NCBI GenBank assembly: GCA_963761335.1
Contig: CAVXGR010000013.1
Coordinates: 256,001-320,000 of the forward strand
Origin: an uncultured delta proteobacterium
Lineage (GTDB): Bacteria; Desulfobacterota; Binatia; HRBIN30; BPIQ01
DNA length: 64,000 nucleotides
Direction of reading: 5' to 3'
This document shows positions 45,718-55,413 of this stretch, piece after piece. Position 1 is the stretch's first letter. The number at the start of each line of letters is the position of its first letter. Position numbers and translations under genes: made by a program. The notes under the pieces are model-generated. The model saw only the letters and a program-made list of their open reading frames with translations, was not told where the DNA came from and did not search any database.

Positions 45718-48036
45718 TCAGAACAGCGACAGCTGCCGGCGCGCTCCGGTGATGTCGTCGAAATCGGAGCCGAGGAAACGCAGGATTGCGGCGGCCACCG
45801 GTTTCACCTGGTGGGCGACGTAGTGCTCGTAGTCGAGGGCCGCGGTGACCTCGCCGGCGAGCTCCGGTCCGGCGGCGGTGATGACGTACTCGACGATGCG
45901 CCCGGTCTGACCGCCGCGGCGCGCCGCCCGCACGTGCGGCGGTGTGGTCTTGGTGTAGGCGTCGAGGTGCTTGCGCACCGCCTTTTTGTACACCAGCAGC
46001 GCGTCGAGCTCGCCGTCGCGCAGTCGGCGCACGAAGTCGCGGACGAAGTCGTCGACAGGTCGATCGTGAAAGACGAGGTCGAGGAGGTCGTGCTGGAGCC
46101 GCTTGGCGACCTCGGTCCAGTCGCGCCGCACCGCCTCCAGCCCCACGAACTCGATGCGCTCGGCGCCGCCGTCCGCCGCCACCAGACCGGCGTAGCGCTT
46201 CTTGCTGCCGATCTTACCGCCGCGCACCTCGGGCATGAAGAAGCGCGCATAGAGCTTCTGGAACTGCAGATCGAGAAAGCTCTCGCAAGCGAACGCCTGG
46301 CGCACGTGCTCGCCTACCTCGGCGGTGACGGCGGCGCCGAGCTCGACCCCGAGGCGCGCGGCGGCGGCGACCTCGCCCTCGTGCGCGTCGACGAAGAGCG
46401 AGTCGGTATCGCCGTAGATGACCTCGTAGCCGCGCGCCCGCATGCGGCCGGCGGCGTGCTGGATCAGGTACTGTCCGAAATGGGTGATCGCATTGGCGAC
46501 CGCCGGCGAGAACAGCCGCGAGGCACCGGCGCCGAGCACGCCGAAGAGCGAGTTCATCAGGATCTTGATGGCGTTGGCGGCCACCGGATTGCCGGCCCGC
46601 CGCGCCTGCTCGCGCTCTGCCGCCAGCCGCGCCACCAGCTCGGGGAGGATGCCCCGTGGCTGGCGCGCAAAGCAGGCGCCGTTGGGAGCGCGGATGACGC
46701 CGGCATCGCCCTCGGGCGGCTCGAGAACGCGCGTCAGCGGATCCAGATTGAAGGTGCGGATGATGCTCGGGTACAGGCTCTTGAAGTCGAAGACCAGGAT
46801 GTTCCGGTAGAGCCCCGGCTGTGACTCCATGACGTAGCCGCCGGTGATCCGCGCCGCCGCGGCGTCTCCCACCGACGGCGTCACCACGCCGCGGCGGCGC
46901 GCCTCGGCGAGATACAGGGAGTCCACCGAGGCGATGGCAGCGCTGACGCGGTCCAGGGGCATGCCGGTCAGCAGAGATCGGTTCACCGCCAGCTCGATCA
47001 GCTGCGTCGCCTCGAGGATCTGCGACACCAGGCGGGCGTCCTGCAGGTTGTACTCTGCCAGGCGCTCGGGATTCTGCCGATACGCGGTCTCGATCTGCAC
47101 GTGGCGATCCGGCCCGGAGAAGAGCTTGCCGCTGCCGAGAAACGTCTGCGCCGCCGTCTCCAGCCTGTAGTCCTCGAGCTTGATGAAAGCGCCGCGCATG
47201 AGACTCAGGCCGTCGAGAACCTGTCGCCCGTAGATGACGGCGCGCGACTCGCGCGTGAACGAGGCGTCGCGGCGCGCCTCGAACTCGTCTTCCGAGCGCC
47301 CCAGGACACAGCGGATGTGGTGCTCGCGACAGCGGCGCTGCAGCACCACCAGATCGAAATCGACCACATTCCAGCCGGTGATCACGTCCGGGTCGAGCTC
47401 GCGCAGGAGCTCGATGAAGCGGCGCAGGAGGACCTCCTCCGAGGTCAGCACCTCGGCGCCGGCCACCGGCCGATCGGCGACCATGAGCACTCGCTCGGTC
47501 GCCGCGCCGTGCACGGCGATGGAGTAGGCGCGCTCGGCGCGCGGGCTGGTCTCGATGTCGATCGACAGCACTCGCAACGGCGGAATCCACTCCGCCGGCG
47601 CCAGCGACGGGTTGCGGTAGACGCGGCCGAGCCGCGGGTGCGTCTCGTGGTCTCCATCCACGGTGAAGGCGCCGCGAATGCCGCGATCGATGAGATAGCG
47701 ATAGGCGAACCGCACGTCGGCTTCGAAGCAGGCGATGCCGGCGCGCTCCAGCCGCCGGCGCAGCGGCGGCACCTCGCCGGGAATGCCGGCGCGAACCTCG
47801 GCCACCGGGGCGCCGTTGAGCGACCGCAGGTCAGCGGCGGCGATCTCGATGCCGCGAACCGCCCGCCTCGCCTCGTCGGCGCGATCGGCGGGGATGTAGA
47901 AGTACGGGCGCACCCGGTCGTCGGCAATCAGGCAGGCCTCGCCGCTCTCCAGTACTCCGTAGAGGTGGACGACGGGCACGCCGCCCTCGAGACGATAGGT
48001 GGGCGTCAGGACGAAGCCGCGGACCGGGGCGCTCAT
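45718..48036 (-). CDS. polB: DNA polymerase II (family B)
   Basis: Exonuclease motifs DIET, GWNVVDFD, YNLQD; polymerase motifs DFKSLYPSII, KILMNSLFG, YGDTDS, KKRY; C-terminal QLSLF clamp-binding motif. Confidence 0.93.
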   Translation of the reverse strand: MSAPVRGFVLTPTYRLEGGVPVVHLYGVLESGEACLIADDRVRPYFYIPADRADEARRAVRGIEIAAADLRSLNGAPVAEVRAGIPGEVPPLRRRLERAGIACFEADVRFAYRYLIDRGIRGAFTVDGDHETHPRLGRVYRNPSLAPAEWIPPLRVLSIDIETSPRAERAYSIAVHGAATERVLMVADRPVAGAEVLTSEEVLLRRFIELLRELDPDVITGWNVVDFDLVVLQRRCREHHIRCVLGRSEDEFEARRDASFTRESRAVIYGRQVLDGLSLMRGAFIKLEDYRLETAAQTFLGSGKLFSGPDRHVQIETAYRQNPERLAEYNLQDARLVSQILEATQLIELAVNRSLLTGMPLDRVSAAIASVDSLYLAEARRRGVVTPSVGDAAAARITGGYVMESQPGLYRNILVFDFKSLYPSIIRTFNLDPLTRVLEPPEGDAGVIRAPNGACFARQPRGILPELVARLAAEREQARRAGNPVAANAIKILMNSLFGVLGAGASRLFSPAVANAITHFGQYLIQHAAGRMRARGYEVIYGDTDSLFVDAHEGEVAAAARLGVELGAAVTAEVGEHVRQAFACESFLDLQFQKLYARFFMPEVRGGKIGSKKRYAGLVAADGGAERIEFVGLEAVRRDWTEVAKRLQHDLLDLVFHDRPVDDFVRDFVRRLRDGELDALLVYKKAVRKHLDAYTKTTPPHVRAARRGGQTGRIVEYVITAAGPELAGEVTAALDYEHYVAHQVKPVAAAILRFLGSDFDDITGARRQLSLF

Positions 48037-48093
48037 CGCCTGCTCGCTGGGCGGCTCGCTCGCCGGAACCGCCACCGGATGGGCGCCGCTGCC

Positions 48094-48375
48094 TCAGCGC
48101 TTGAGGATGACAAACTGGCTGCGCAGGTCCGCCACCTGGTCCTGCACGGACGGGCGCCGGCGCGCCTCGGTGACTGCCTGAAACAGCTCCACCTCGGTCG
48201 CCTCGCTTCTCTGCTCCTCACCGGCGCGCACCGCATCGAGAATCTCGTGGATCAGCCTGGGAATGTCGCGCTGCGGAATGACCAAATCGCCGCGCCCGAG
48301 AGTTCCGCTCCAGTTCGACGCATATGGGCGGAGCACCTGAAGGATGTTCTCGCTGATGCTGCGTTCACTGGCCAT
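48094..48375 (-). CDS. Hypothetical protein
   Basis: 93-aa ORF with AAGGAG RBS, co-oriented upstream of polB. Confidence 0.6.
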   Translation of the reverse strand: MASERSISENILQVLRPYASNWSGTLGRGDLVIPQRDIPRLIHEILDAVRAGEEQRSEATEVELFQAVTEARRRPSVQDQVADLRSQFVILKR

Positions 48376-48551
48376 GGTTCGCTCCTTCGCGCCGCGCGCT
48401 TGTCGCTGAGCGTCGGGGCTGCTCGTCGCGTCCCCGATTCATAACACAGCCCCGGCGGCGGGGAAACTCAGGCAACGGGGTCCCCCTGGCCCGCCGCTCC
48501 GAAGGGCGCTACAAACTCTGCCAGAAATGAAGAACCCGAGGAGGATCGGCA

Positions 48552-49454
48552 ATGGCGAAGCTCTGTGAAGGACGGGTGGCGATCGTTACCGGCGCCGGAC
48601 GCGGCATCGGCCGCGAGCACGCGCTCATGCTGGCCGCCCACGGCGCCAAGGTGGTGGTCAACGATCTCGGCGGCGCGCGCGACGGCACCGGCGCCTCCCT
48701 CGGGCCGGCGGCATCCGTGGTCGAGGAGATCCATGCCGCCGGCGGCGAGGCGGTCGTCAACGGCGACGACATCAGCAGCTGGCAGGGCGCCGAGCGCCTG
48801 ATCGCGCAGGCCGTGGGGGCCTTCGGACACCTCGACGTGCTGGTGAACAACGCCGGCATCCTGCGCGACCGCATGCTGGTGAACATGACCGAGGCGGAGT
48901 GGGACGCGGTCATCAAGGTGCATCTCAAGGGCACCTTCGCGCCGGCGCACTTCGCCGCGGCGCACTGGCGCGACCTGCGCAAGGCCGGCAAGGACGTCGA
49001 CGCCCGCATCATCAACACCACCTCCGTCTCCGGCATCTACGGCAACCCGGGCCAGACCAACTACGGAGCCGCCAAGGCCGGCATCGCCGCCTTCACCATC
49101 ATCGCCGCCCGCGAGCTCGGACGCTACGGCATCACCGTGAACGCCGTAGCTCCCGGGGCGCTGACGCGTATGACCGAGGATCTCGGCATGGGCCGCGCCA
49201 GCGACGAGGAGAAGGAGCGCCTGCACCCCCGCTGGATCGCCCCCATCGTCACCTGGCTGGCGAGCACCGAGTCGAAAGAGATCACCGGCCGCGTCTTCGA
49301 AGCCTCGGGACGCGTCCTCGCCATCGCCGAGAGCTGGCACCGCGGTCCGGTCACCCAGCCCGTCGACGATCCCACCCTGATCGGCCCGGCGGTCGCCGAG
49401 CTCATGAAGAAGGCGCGCAAGAACGCCGGCATGGACGGCCAGGACCTCGACTGA
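48552..49454 (+). CDS. SDR family oxidoreductase (MFE-2/HSD17B4-like)
   Basis: TGAGRGIG, VVNDLG, NNAGILRD, NYGAAK. Confidence 0.92.
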   Translation: MAKLCEGRVAIVTGAGRGIGREHALMLAAHGAKVVVNDLGGARDGTGASLGPAASVVEEIHAAGGEAVVNGDDISSWQGAERLIAQAVGAFGHLDVLVNNAGILRDRMLVNMTEAEWDAVIKVHLKGTFAPAHFAAAHWRDLRKAGKDVDARIINTTSVSGIYGNPGQTNYGAAKAGIAAFTIIAARELGRYGITVNAVAPGALTRMTEDLGMGRASDEEKERLHPRWIAPIVTWLASTESKEITGRVFEASGRVLAIAESWHRGPVTQPVDDPTLIGPAVAELMKKARKNAGMDGQDLD

Positions 49455-49575
49455 GCACCGCGACGAGTCGCTGGCCGGGGAGGTGCGCGCGCCGTTGATC
49501 GCTCACAGAGAAACCTCGGTTTGAACTTCCCAACGGCAGCGTGCTACTCGAAAAACTCGGAGGAAATTCGCATCC

Positions 49576-50406
49576 ATGGCAACGATGATCACCAGCGAGT
49601 GCATCAACTGCGGCGCCTGCGAGCCGGAGTGCCCGAACACCGCGATCTATCAGGGCGGCGTCGAATGGGAGATGAACGGCCAGAAGCACGCCGCGCTGTC
49701 GAGCGACATCTTCTACATCGTGCCGGAGAAGTGCACTGAATGCGTCGGCTTCCACGACCACGAAGCCTGCGCCGCCGTGTGTCCCGTCGACTGCTGCATT
49801 CCCAATCCCGACATTCCCGAGAGCGAGGAGCTGCTGATCGGCCGCGCTCGGCAGCTCCACCCGGGTGAGGAGTTCGCCGCCGACTTCCCGTCCCGTTTCA
49901 AGAAGGACGGCACCGCAGCCCCGGTCCCCGCTGGCAACGGCGGCGGGGAGGCGCCCGCTCCGGCTCCGGCCGCCAAGCCGGCTCCGCAGGCCGCCGCGGC
50001 GGCGGCGCCCGCGGCACCGGCAATCGCCGTCGCTCCCGTCTCCTCGCTGGCGATCCCGGCGATCGACGACTGGGAGATCCCCATCGAGTGCTTTCGCTGC
50101 CACGGCAGCTACGCCGTCGCCTTCCGGCACTTCCGCTCCGGCGTCGTCTTCTACTGCCCGTTCTGCAGCGGCTCCTTGGTCGTCAACCTGCCGATGCACC
50201 AGCGGGTGGCCGAGTCGTTGCAGGGATTCCACGCGCAGTGGGCAGCCGACTTCGAGGCCTTCCAGCAGAAGCGGCAGCGCGAGCTGGTGGAGTTCGAGGA
50301 GAGGCAGCGCCGCGCCCTGGAAGAGTTCAACCAGGAGCTGAGCAGTGCCTGCGGCGAGCTGCGGCCGCCGGGTAAGCCCCGCAAACGCGCCTGGATCTTC
50401 GGCTGA
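49576..50406 (+). CDS. YfhL-family 2[4Fe-4S] ferredoxin with C-terminal Zn-ribbon/coiled-coil extension
   Basis: CINCGACEPECP, CTECVG..CAAVCPVDCC; Ala/Pro linker; CFRC..CPFC; E/Q/R-rich helix. Confidence 0.85.
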   Translation: MATMITSECINCGACEPECPNTAIYQGGVEWEMNGQKHAALSSDIFYIVPEKCTECVGFHDHEACAAVCPVDCCIPNPDIPESEELLIGRARQLHPGEEFAADFPSRFKKDGTAAPVPAGNGGGEAPAPAPAAKPAPQAAAAAAPAAPAIAVAPVSSLAIPAIDDWEIPIECFRCHGSYAVAFRHFRSGVVFYCPFCSGSLVVNLPMHQRVAESLQGFHAQWAADFEAFQQKRQRELVEFEERQRRALEEFNQELSSACGELRPPGKPRKRAWIFG

Positions 50407-50414
50407 CCGGCGCC

Positions 50415-50750
50415 TTAGCGCGCCGGACCACCGGGCGGCGGCCCCGCCGCGCCCACCGGCGGCTCGCCTGCCGCCGAGATCGGCGGCGGCCCCGCGGCAC
50501 CGACCGGAGGCGCTCCGGCGGCGCCGAAGCGGCGCGCCCGCGCCGCCGGCAGGCGAACGCTCGAGCCCGTCTGCTGCCGCCTGCACGCTGCCACGTCCGC
50601 AGACCGCATCCCGATGCGACGCGCCGTCTCGACGACACTGTATCCCTGACTCAGCAGCGACTGGGCGGCGCCGCAGTCGCCGGCCGCGCAAGGGGCCGCC
50701 ATTGCTGCGAGAAGAACGACTCCGAGCACACCTGTAGCTTTCTTGATCAT
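50415..50750 (-). CDS. Small secreted hypothetical protein with AAGxPP repeats
   Basis: GGAGG RBS; signal peptide; Cys pair; four 8-aa repeats. Confidence 0.55.
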   Translation of the reverse strand: MIKKATGVLGVVLLAAMAAPCAAGDCGAAQSLLSQGYSVVETARRIGMRSADVAACRRQQTGSSVRLPAARARRFGAAGAPPVGAAGPPPISAAGEPPVGAAGPPPGGPAR

Positions 50751-50974
50751 CGCGCCTCCGTTTCGGGCCCGGGCTCCGACGCCCGAACTATACTGCCGCG
50801 CCTCTCGCGCAGGCAAGGGGGCCTCCCCATGGCGCCTTTTTCCCTCGGGGTGGCTGCGCTATAGGTGCGAGAGCAGGAGTGCGCCACGACCTCGACCTAC
50901 CGCGAGTCGGGGTCGTGGGCGCGCCGCTGCATCGCCATGGACGCTCTGGAGACGAACTGACCTCTTCCGACCCA

Positions 50975-51865
50975 ATGCGCAAGCCATCCCGGCTGCGGAG
51001 CGGCGACACCATCGGCGTCGTCGCTCCTGGAGGTCCGGTGGACCCCGAGGCGCTCGACCGCGGCGTCTCGGTGATCGAGGAGCTCGGCTTCCGCGTCCGC
51101 ATCGGCGCTGCGGCGCGGCAGCGACGGCATTACCTGGCCGGCGATGATGCCGCGCGGGCCCGCGATCTGACCGAGCTCGCCGCAGATGACGGTGTCGCCG
51201 CGATCATCGCCGCCCGCGGCGGCTACGGCTGCGGCCGGCTCCTTTCTCTGTACGACCCCGCCGCCTTCCGGCGCCGACCCAAGGCCGTGGTCGGCCACAG
51301 CGACGTGACCTTCTTGCTCAACGACCTCGTGCGACGCGCCGGGCTGGTCACCTTCCACGGCCCGATGGTCTCCTGGTTCGACGACAAGCGAGCGGGGGCT
51401 GCGGCCCTCTTCGACATGCTCGCCGGCGGCACGCCGCCGGCGCTCGAGGCGACCGACGTCTTCCGCGACGGCGAGGCGAGCGGCGTTCTCGTCGGCGGCT
51501 GCCTGGCGATCGTCGCCGCCACGCTGGGAACGCCCTACCAGATCGACACCCGCGGCCGACTGTTGTTCCTCGAGGACGTCAACGAGGCCCCCTTTCGCCT
51601 CGACCGCATGCTCACGCAGCTCCGACAGGCCGGCGTCCTGGATGGAATCGCCGGTCTCATCTTCGGCGAGATGCCCGGCTGCTTCCGCGAGGACAGCGAG
51701 GTCACCCTCGCCGACGTCGTCGCCGGTGTCTGTGGCGACGCCGAATACCCGATCGTCGCCGGCGTGCCGAGTGGTCACGGCAGCGGCCGCGGCACCCTGC
51801 CACTCGGCATGTCCGCCCGGCTCGCGGGAGCGCGCCTCCACTGGCAGGAGCTGCCGGTCGCATGA
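50975..51865 (+). CDS. LD-carboxypeptidase (peptidase S66, LdcA-like)
   Basis: ARGGYG, GHSDVT, HGPM, GGCL, FLEDVNE, SGHG. Confidence 0.92.
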   Translation: MRKPSRLRSGDTIGVVAPGGPVDPEALDRGVSVIEELGFRVRIGAAARQRRHYLAGDDAARARDLTELAADDGVAAIIAARGGYGCGRLLSLYDPAAFRRRPKAVVGHSDVTFLLNDLVRRAGLVTFHGPMVSWFDDKRAGAAALFDMLAGGTPPALEATDVFRDGEASGVLVGGCLAIVAATLGTPYQIDTRGRLLFLEDVNEAPFRLDRMLTQLRQAGVLDGIAGLIFGEMPGCFREDSEVTLADVVAGVCGDAEYPIVAGVPSGHGSGRGTLPLGMSARLAGARLHWQELPVA

Positions 51866-52989
51866 GCTTCACCGCCGTCGAGCGCGAGATGGATGCCGCC
51901 GTCGAGCGGCGTGTGTTTCCCGGCGCCGTGCTTCTGGTGCGGCAGGGGACGCGCGTCTTCTACCACCGCGCCTTCGGCCATCGCAGCGTCGAGCCGGAGG
52001 TGACGCCGATGCGCGACGACACGATCTTCGACCTGTCCTCACTCACCAAGCCGCTGGCGACCAGCGTGGCGGTGATGCTCCTCATCAAGGAAGGCAAGCT
52101 GAAGCTCGACGACCGCGTGACGCGCTTCTTCCACAACTTCGGCGTGCACGGAAAGACGCACGTCACCTTTCGCCATCTCCTCAATCATTCCTCCGGGCTG
52201 CCGGCATGGCGGCCGTACCACAAGATGGTGCTGCAGCAGCAGCGCAAGGGCGGCAAGCTCAACTTCATGGCGAGCCCCGCCGCGAAATCATTCGTCTACC
52301 AGGAGATCCACCGCGAGAAGGCCGAGTTCGCGCCCGGGGAACGGGTGCTCTACAGCGATCTCGGCTTCATGCTTCTCGGCGAAGCGGTGGAGGAGATCTC
52401 CGGCATGGCGCTCAACCGCTTCTGTCAGGAACGCGTCTTCCGGCCGCTCAGCCTGCGGGCGATGTCGTTCGTCGACCTCTCGCTGCTGCGCACCCGGCGC
52501 CTCGAGCCGGTCGCCGAGATGATCGCGCCGACCGAGCGCTGTCCCTGGCGCAAGAAGATTCTCTGCGGCGAGGTTCACGACGACAACGCCTGGGCCATGG
52601 GAGGCGTCGCCGGCCACGCCGGGCTCTTCGCCTCGGCAAAGGAGATCGACACGCTGATGACGCGGCTGAAGGAATGCTACCTCGGCTACCATCCGATGAT
52701 TCCCCAGAAGATCATCGGCCAGTTCTGGAACCGCGACGACTCCGTACCGGGCTCCAGCTGGGGGCTCGGCTGGGACACCCCTTCTGCGGAGGGCTCGACC
52801 TCGGGAACGACCTTCACGCCGCACTCGGTCGGGCACCTGGGCTTCACCGGGACCTCCCTGTGGCTCGACCTGGAGCGCGACCTCCTGGTCATCCTGCTCA
52901 CCAACCGCGTCCACCCCGATCGCAACAACGATCTCATCCGCGATTTTCGGCCGATGATTCACGATCTCATCTCCAAGGCGGTGGCCTGA
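51862..52989 (+). CDS. Serine hydrolase of beta-lactamase fold (probably peptidoglycan recycling)
   Basis: SLTK (SxxK), YSD, GEVHDDNA, GHAGLF, GHLGFTGT. Confidence 0.88.
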   Translation: MSFTAVEREMDAAVERRVFPGAVLLVRQGTRVFYHRAFGHRSVEPEVTPMRDDTIFDLSSLTKPLATSVAVMLLIKEGKLKLDDRVTRFFHNFGVHGKTHVTFRHLLNHSSGLPAWRPYHKMVLQQQRKGGKLNFMASPAAKSFVYQEIHREKAEFAPGERVLYSDLGFMLLGEAVEEISGMALNRFCQERVFRPLSLRAMSFVDLSLLRTRRLEPVAEMIAPTERCPWRKKILCGEVHDDNAWAMGGVAGHAGLFASAKEIDTLMTRLKECYLGYHPMIPQKIIGQFWNRDDSVPGSSWGLGWDTPSAEGSTSGTTFTPHSVGHLGFTGTSLWLDLERDLLVILLTNRVHPDRNNDLIRDFRPMIHDLISKAVA

Positions 52990-52993
52990 GGCC

Positions 52994-54445
52994 GTGAGCA
53001 GGGAACGCAAGCCCGTCGAGGACGTCTCGCGGCTGCCCCCGGGCAGCCGCATTCACATGATCGCCATCTGCGGCGTCGGCATGACCGCCGTGGCCGGCAT
53101 GCTCAAGCAGCGCGGCTACGCGGTGAGCGGCTCGGACGAGAACGTCTATCCCCCGATGAGCACCGTGCTCGAGCGCTTCGGCATACCCATCCATCAAGGC
53201 TTCAGCGCCGAAAACCTCAGGGAGCGCCCCGATCTGGTGATCGTCGGCAACACCGTGTCGCGCGGCAACCCCGAGGTCGCCGCCCTGCTTGCCGGCGATC
53301 TGCCCTTCGCCTCCTTCCCGCAGATTCTCGGACAGCTCTTCCTCGCCCACAAGCGCTCCGTGGTGATCGCCGGCACCCATGGCAAGAGCACCTCGACGGC
53401 GCTCATGGGTTGGGTTCTCGAGCAGGCCGGCCGTGATCCGAGCCTGATGGTCGGCGGCGAATCGCTCGACTTCAGCGGCAACTTCAAGCTCGGCGCCGGC
53501 GCCGAGTTCGTCGTCGAGGGCGACGAGTACGACACTGCCTTCTTCGACAAGGGCCCCAAGTTTCTTCACTACCGCGCCCGCGCCCTGCTGCTGACCGCGG
53601 TCGAGTTCGACCACGCCGACATCTACCGCGACCTCGACCACGTGAAGTCGGCCTTCCGGCGCCTGCTCGGCTCTCTCGCCGCAGGCACGCCGGTGGTGGT
53701 CAGCGCGGACTTCCCGCACGCCGTCGACGTCGCCCGGCAGGAAGGCGGCGCCTTCGAGACCTTCGGGCTCGACAGCGGCGCCGATTGGCGGGCCGTCGAT
53801 CTCGCCGACACCGGCAGCGAGTCGCGCTTCCGCGTCGTGCACGGCGGCCGCGTCGAAGTGGAGGCCTTCATCCGCGCTCCCGGAGCCATCAACGTGCGCA
53901 ACGCCCTCGGCGTCTATGCCCTGGGGCGTCACCTCGGGCTCGAGCCGGACGAGATTCTCCCCGGCCTGCGCAGCTTCCGCGGCGTGGCGCGGCGCCAGGA
54001 GCTGGTCGGCGAGCTCGGCGGGGTCACGGTGATCGACGACTTCGCCCATCACCCGACGGCGGTGAGCGGCGCCATTCAGGCGATGCGCGGCCGCTACGGG
54101 CAGCGGCGTCTGTGGGCAGTGTTCGAGCCGCGCTCGAACACCAGCAGGAGAAAGGTCTTCCAGCGCGAGTACGTCGAGGCGCTGGCCGCCGCCGACCGCG
54201 TCATCGTCGGCGGCGTGCTGCAGAAGAAGACCGACCCGGTGGCAGCCGCCGAGATGTTCTCCCCGGAGCAGCTGGTGGCGGACCTGCGCCGCCGCGGCGT
54301 GGCGGCGCGCAGCCTCGCCGACGCCGACGAAATCGCCGGCGTTCTCGCCTCCGAGGCTGAGAGCGGCGACGTCATCCTGCTCATGTCGAACGGCAGCTTC
54401 GGCGGCCTGCGCACCAAGCTCGCCGCGCGCCTGGCGGCGCGCTAG
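52994..54445 (+). CDS. mpl: UDP-N-acetylmuramate:L-alanyl-gamma-D-glutamyl-meso-diaminopimelate ligase
   Basis: ICGVGM, YPPMST, AGTHGKST, EGDEYDTAFFDK, DHADIY, DDFAHHPTA, MSNGSFGG. Confidence 0.93.
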   Translation: MSRERKPVEDVSRLPPGSRIHMIAICGVGMTAVAGMLKQRGYAVSGSDENVYPPMSTVLERFGIPIHQGFSAENLRERPDLVIVGNTVSRGNPEVAALLAGDLPFASFPQILGQLFLAHKRSVVIAGTHGKSTSTALMGWVLEQAGRDPSLMVGGESLDFSGNFKLGAGAEFVVEGDEYDTAFFDKGPKFLHYRARALLLTAVEFDHADIYRDLDHVKSAFRRLLGSLAAGTPVVVSADFPHAVDVARQEGGAFETFGLDSGADWRAVDLADTGSESRFRVVHGGRVEVEAFIRAPGAINVRNALGVYALGRHLGLEPDEILPGLRSFRGVARRQELVGELGGVTVIDDFAHHPTAVSGAIQAMRGRYGQRRLWAVFEPRSNTSRRKVFQREYVEALAAADRVIVGGVLQKKTDPVAAAEMFSPEQLVADLRRRGVAARSLADADEIAGVLASEAESGDVILLMSNGSFGGLRTKLAARLAAR

Positions 54446-54641
54446 CCAAGGTTCGACGTCGTGCGCGCCGCGATCCATCGGCATCTCCGCGGGGCAAGTA
54501 GAAGCGGCGTCTCGCCGCTTCGGAAAGCGCCGGGGCGGCGCGGTGGCCGAGACGGCGCGTCCCGGCAGCCCGCACGCCTGGCGAGTGTTCTCCTTCAAGA
54601 GTGGGAATCGCAGTGCGGATGACCATGCGCTAGGGTAGCGC

Positions 54642-55412
54642 ATGCCTTTCGCCGATGTCCCTGGCGTTTCGCTCTACTACGAGATTCACGGCAGCGGTCC
54701 GTGGCTGGTCTTCGCGCATGGGGCCGGCGGCAACCACCTCTCGTGGTTCGAACAGGTTCCCGCCTTTCGCGATCGGTACCGCTGCCTGATCTACGATCAG
54801 CGCGGCTGGGGCCGCTCCGCCTGCGATGGCTGCCCCGATCCCGCCGCCTTCGCCGGCGATCTCCTGGCGCTGCTCGATCACCTCGGCGCCGAGCGCGCCG
54901 CGCTGGTCGGTCAGTCGATGGGGGGCTGGAGCGTTCTCGGCGCGACTCTGGCGGCCCCGGCGCGGGTGACGCATCTCGTCCTCACCGGCACCATCGCCGG
55001 CCTCACCGACGACGACATGCTCAGGCGGCTGATCGAAGGACACGATCCGACGGCGGAGTTCGACCCGCACCTGGCGCTGGCGGCGGACTTCCCCAAGCGC
55101 GATCCGGCGAAGACCTTCCTCTACGACGAGATCGCCGCGATGAACCCGCCGATGGTTGCGGAGTTCCTGCCGGCGCTGATCCGCCTCCGCTACGCCGTTC
55201 CCGCGAAAGCGCCGCGAATGCCGCTGCGGCTCATCGCCGGCGACGGCGACCGCCTCTTTCCCCCCGAGCTGATCCGCGCCGCGCACGCCAAGCTGCCGGG
55301 CGCCGACCTGGTGATGGTGGCGGGCGCCGGCCACTCGGTCTATTTCGAGCGGCCCGGCGACTTCAATGGCGCTCTCGCCGAGCTCCTGCAGCGTCCGGGA
55401 GGAGACACCTGA
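54642..55412 (+). CDS. Alpha/beta hydrolase
   Basis: HGAGG, DQRGWG, GQSMGG, AGHSVYFE. Confidence 0.9.
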   Translation: MPFADVPGVSLYYEIHGSGPWLVFAHGAGGNHLSWFEQVPAFRDRYRCLIYDQRGWGRSACDGCPDPAAFAGDLLALLDHLGAERAALVGQSMGGWSVLGATLAAPARVTHLVLTGTIAGLTDDDMLRRLIEGHDPTAEFDPHLALAADFPKRDPAKTFLYDEIAAMNPPMVAEFLPALIRLRYAVPAKAPRMPLRLIAGDGDRLFPPELIRAAHAKLPGADLVMVAGAGHSVYFERPGDFNGALAELLQRPGGDT

Positions 55413-55413
55413 G

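Noticed and set aside
45718..48036. Phage or casposon-type family B polymerase
   Set aside because: Pol II architecture with a clamp-binding motif, and no integrase, cas1, terminal repeats or phage genes nearby
51862..52989. Antibiotic-resistance beta-lactamase
   Set aside because: The context between the LD-carboxypeptidase and mpl, and the lack of a signal peptide, point to cytoplasmic cell-wall recycling
54447..54640. Possible structured ncRNA after mpl (CGTCTCG...CGAGACG pairing)
   Set aside because: Short GC-rich stems are expected by chance, and I recognised no SRP, tmRNA or riboswitch motifs
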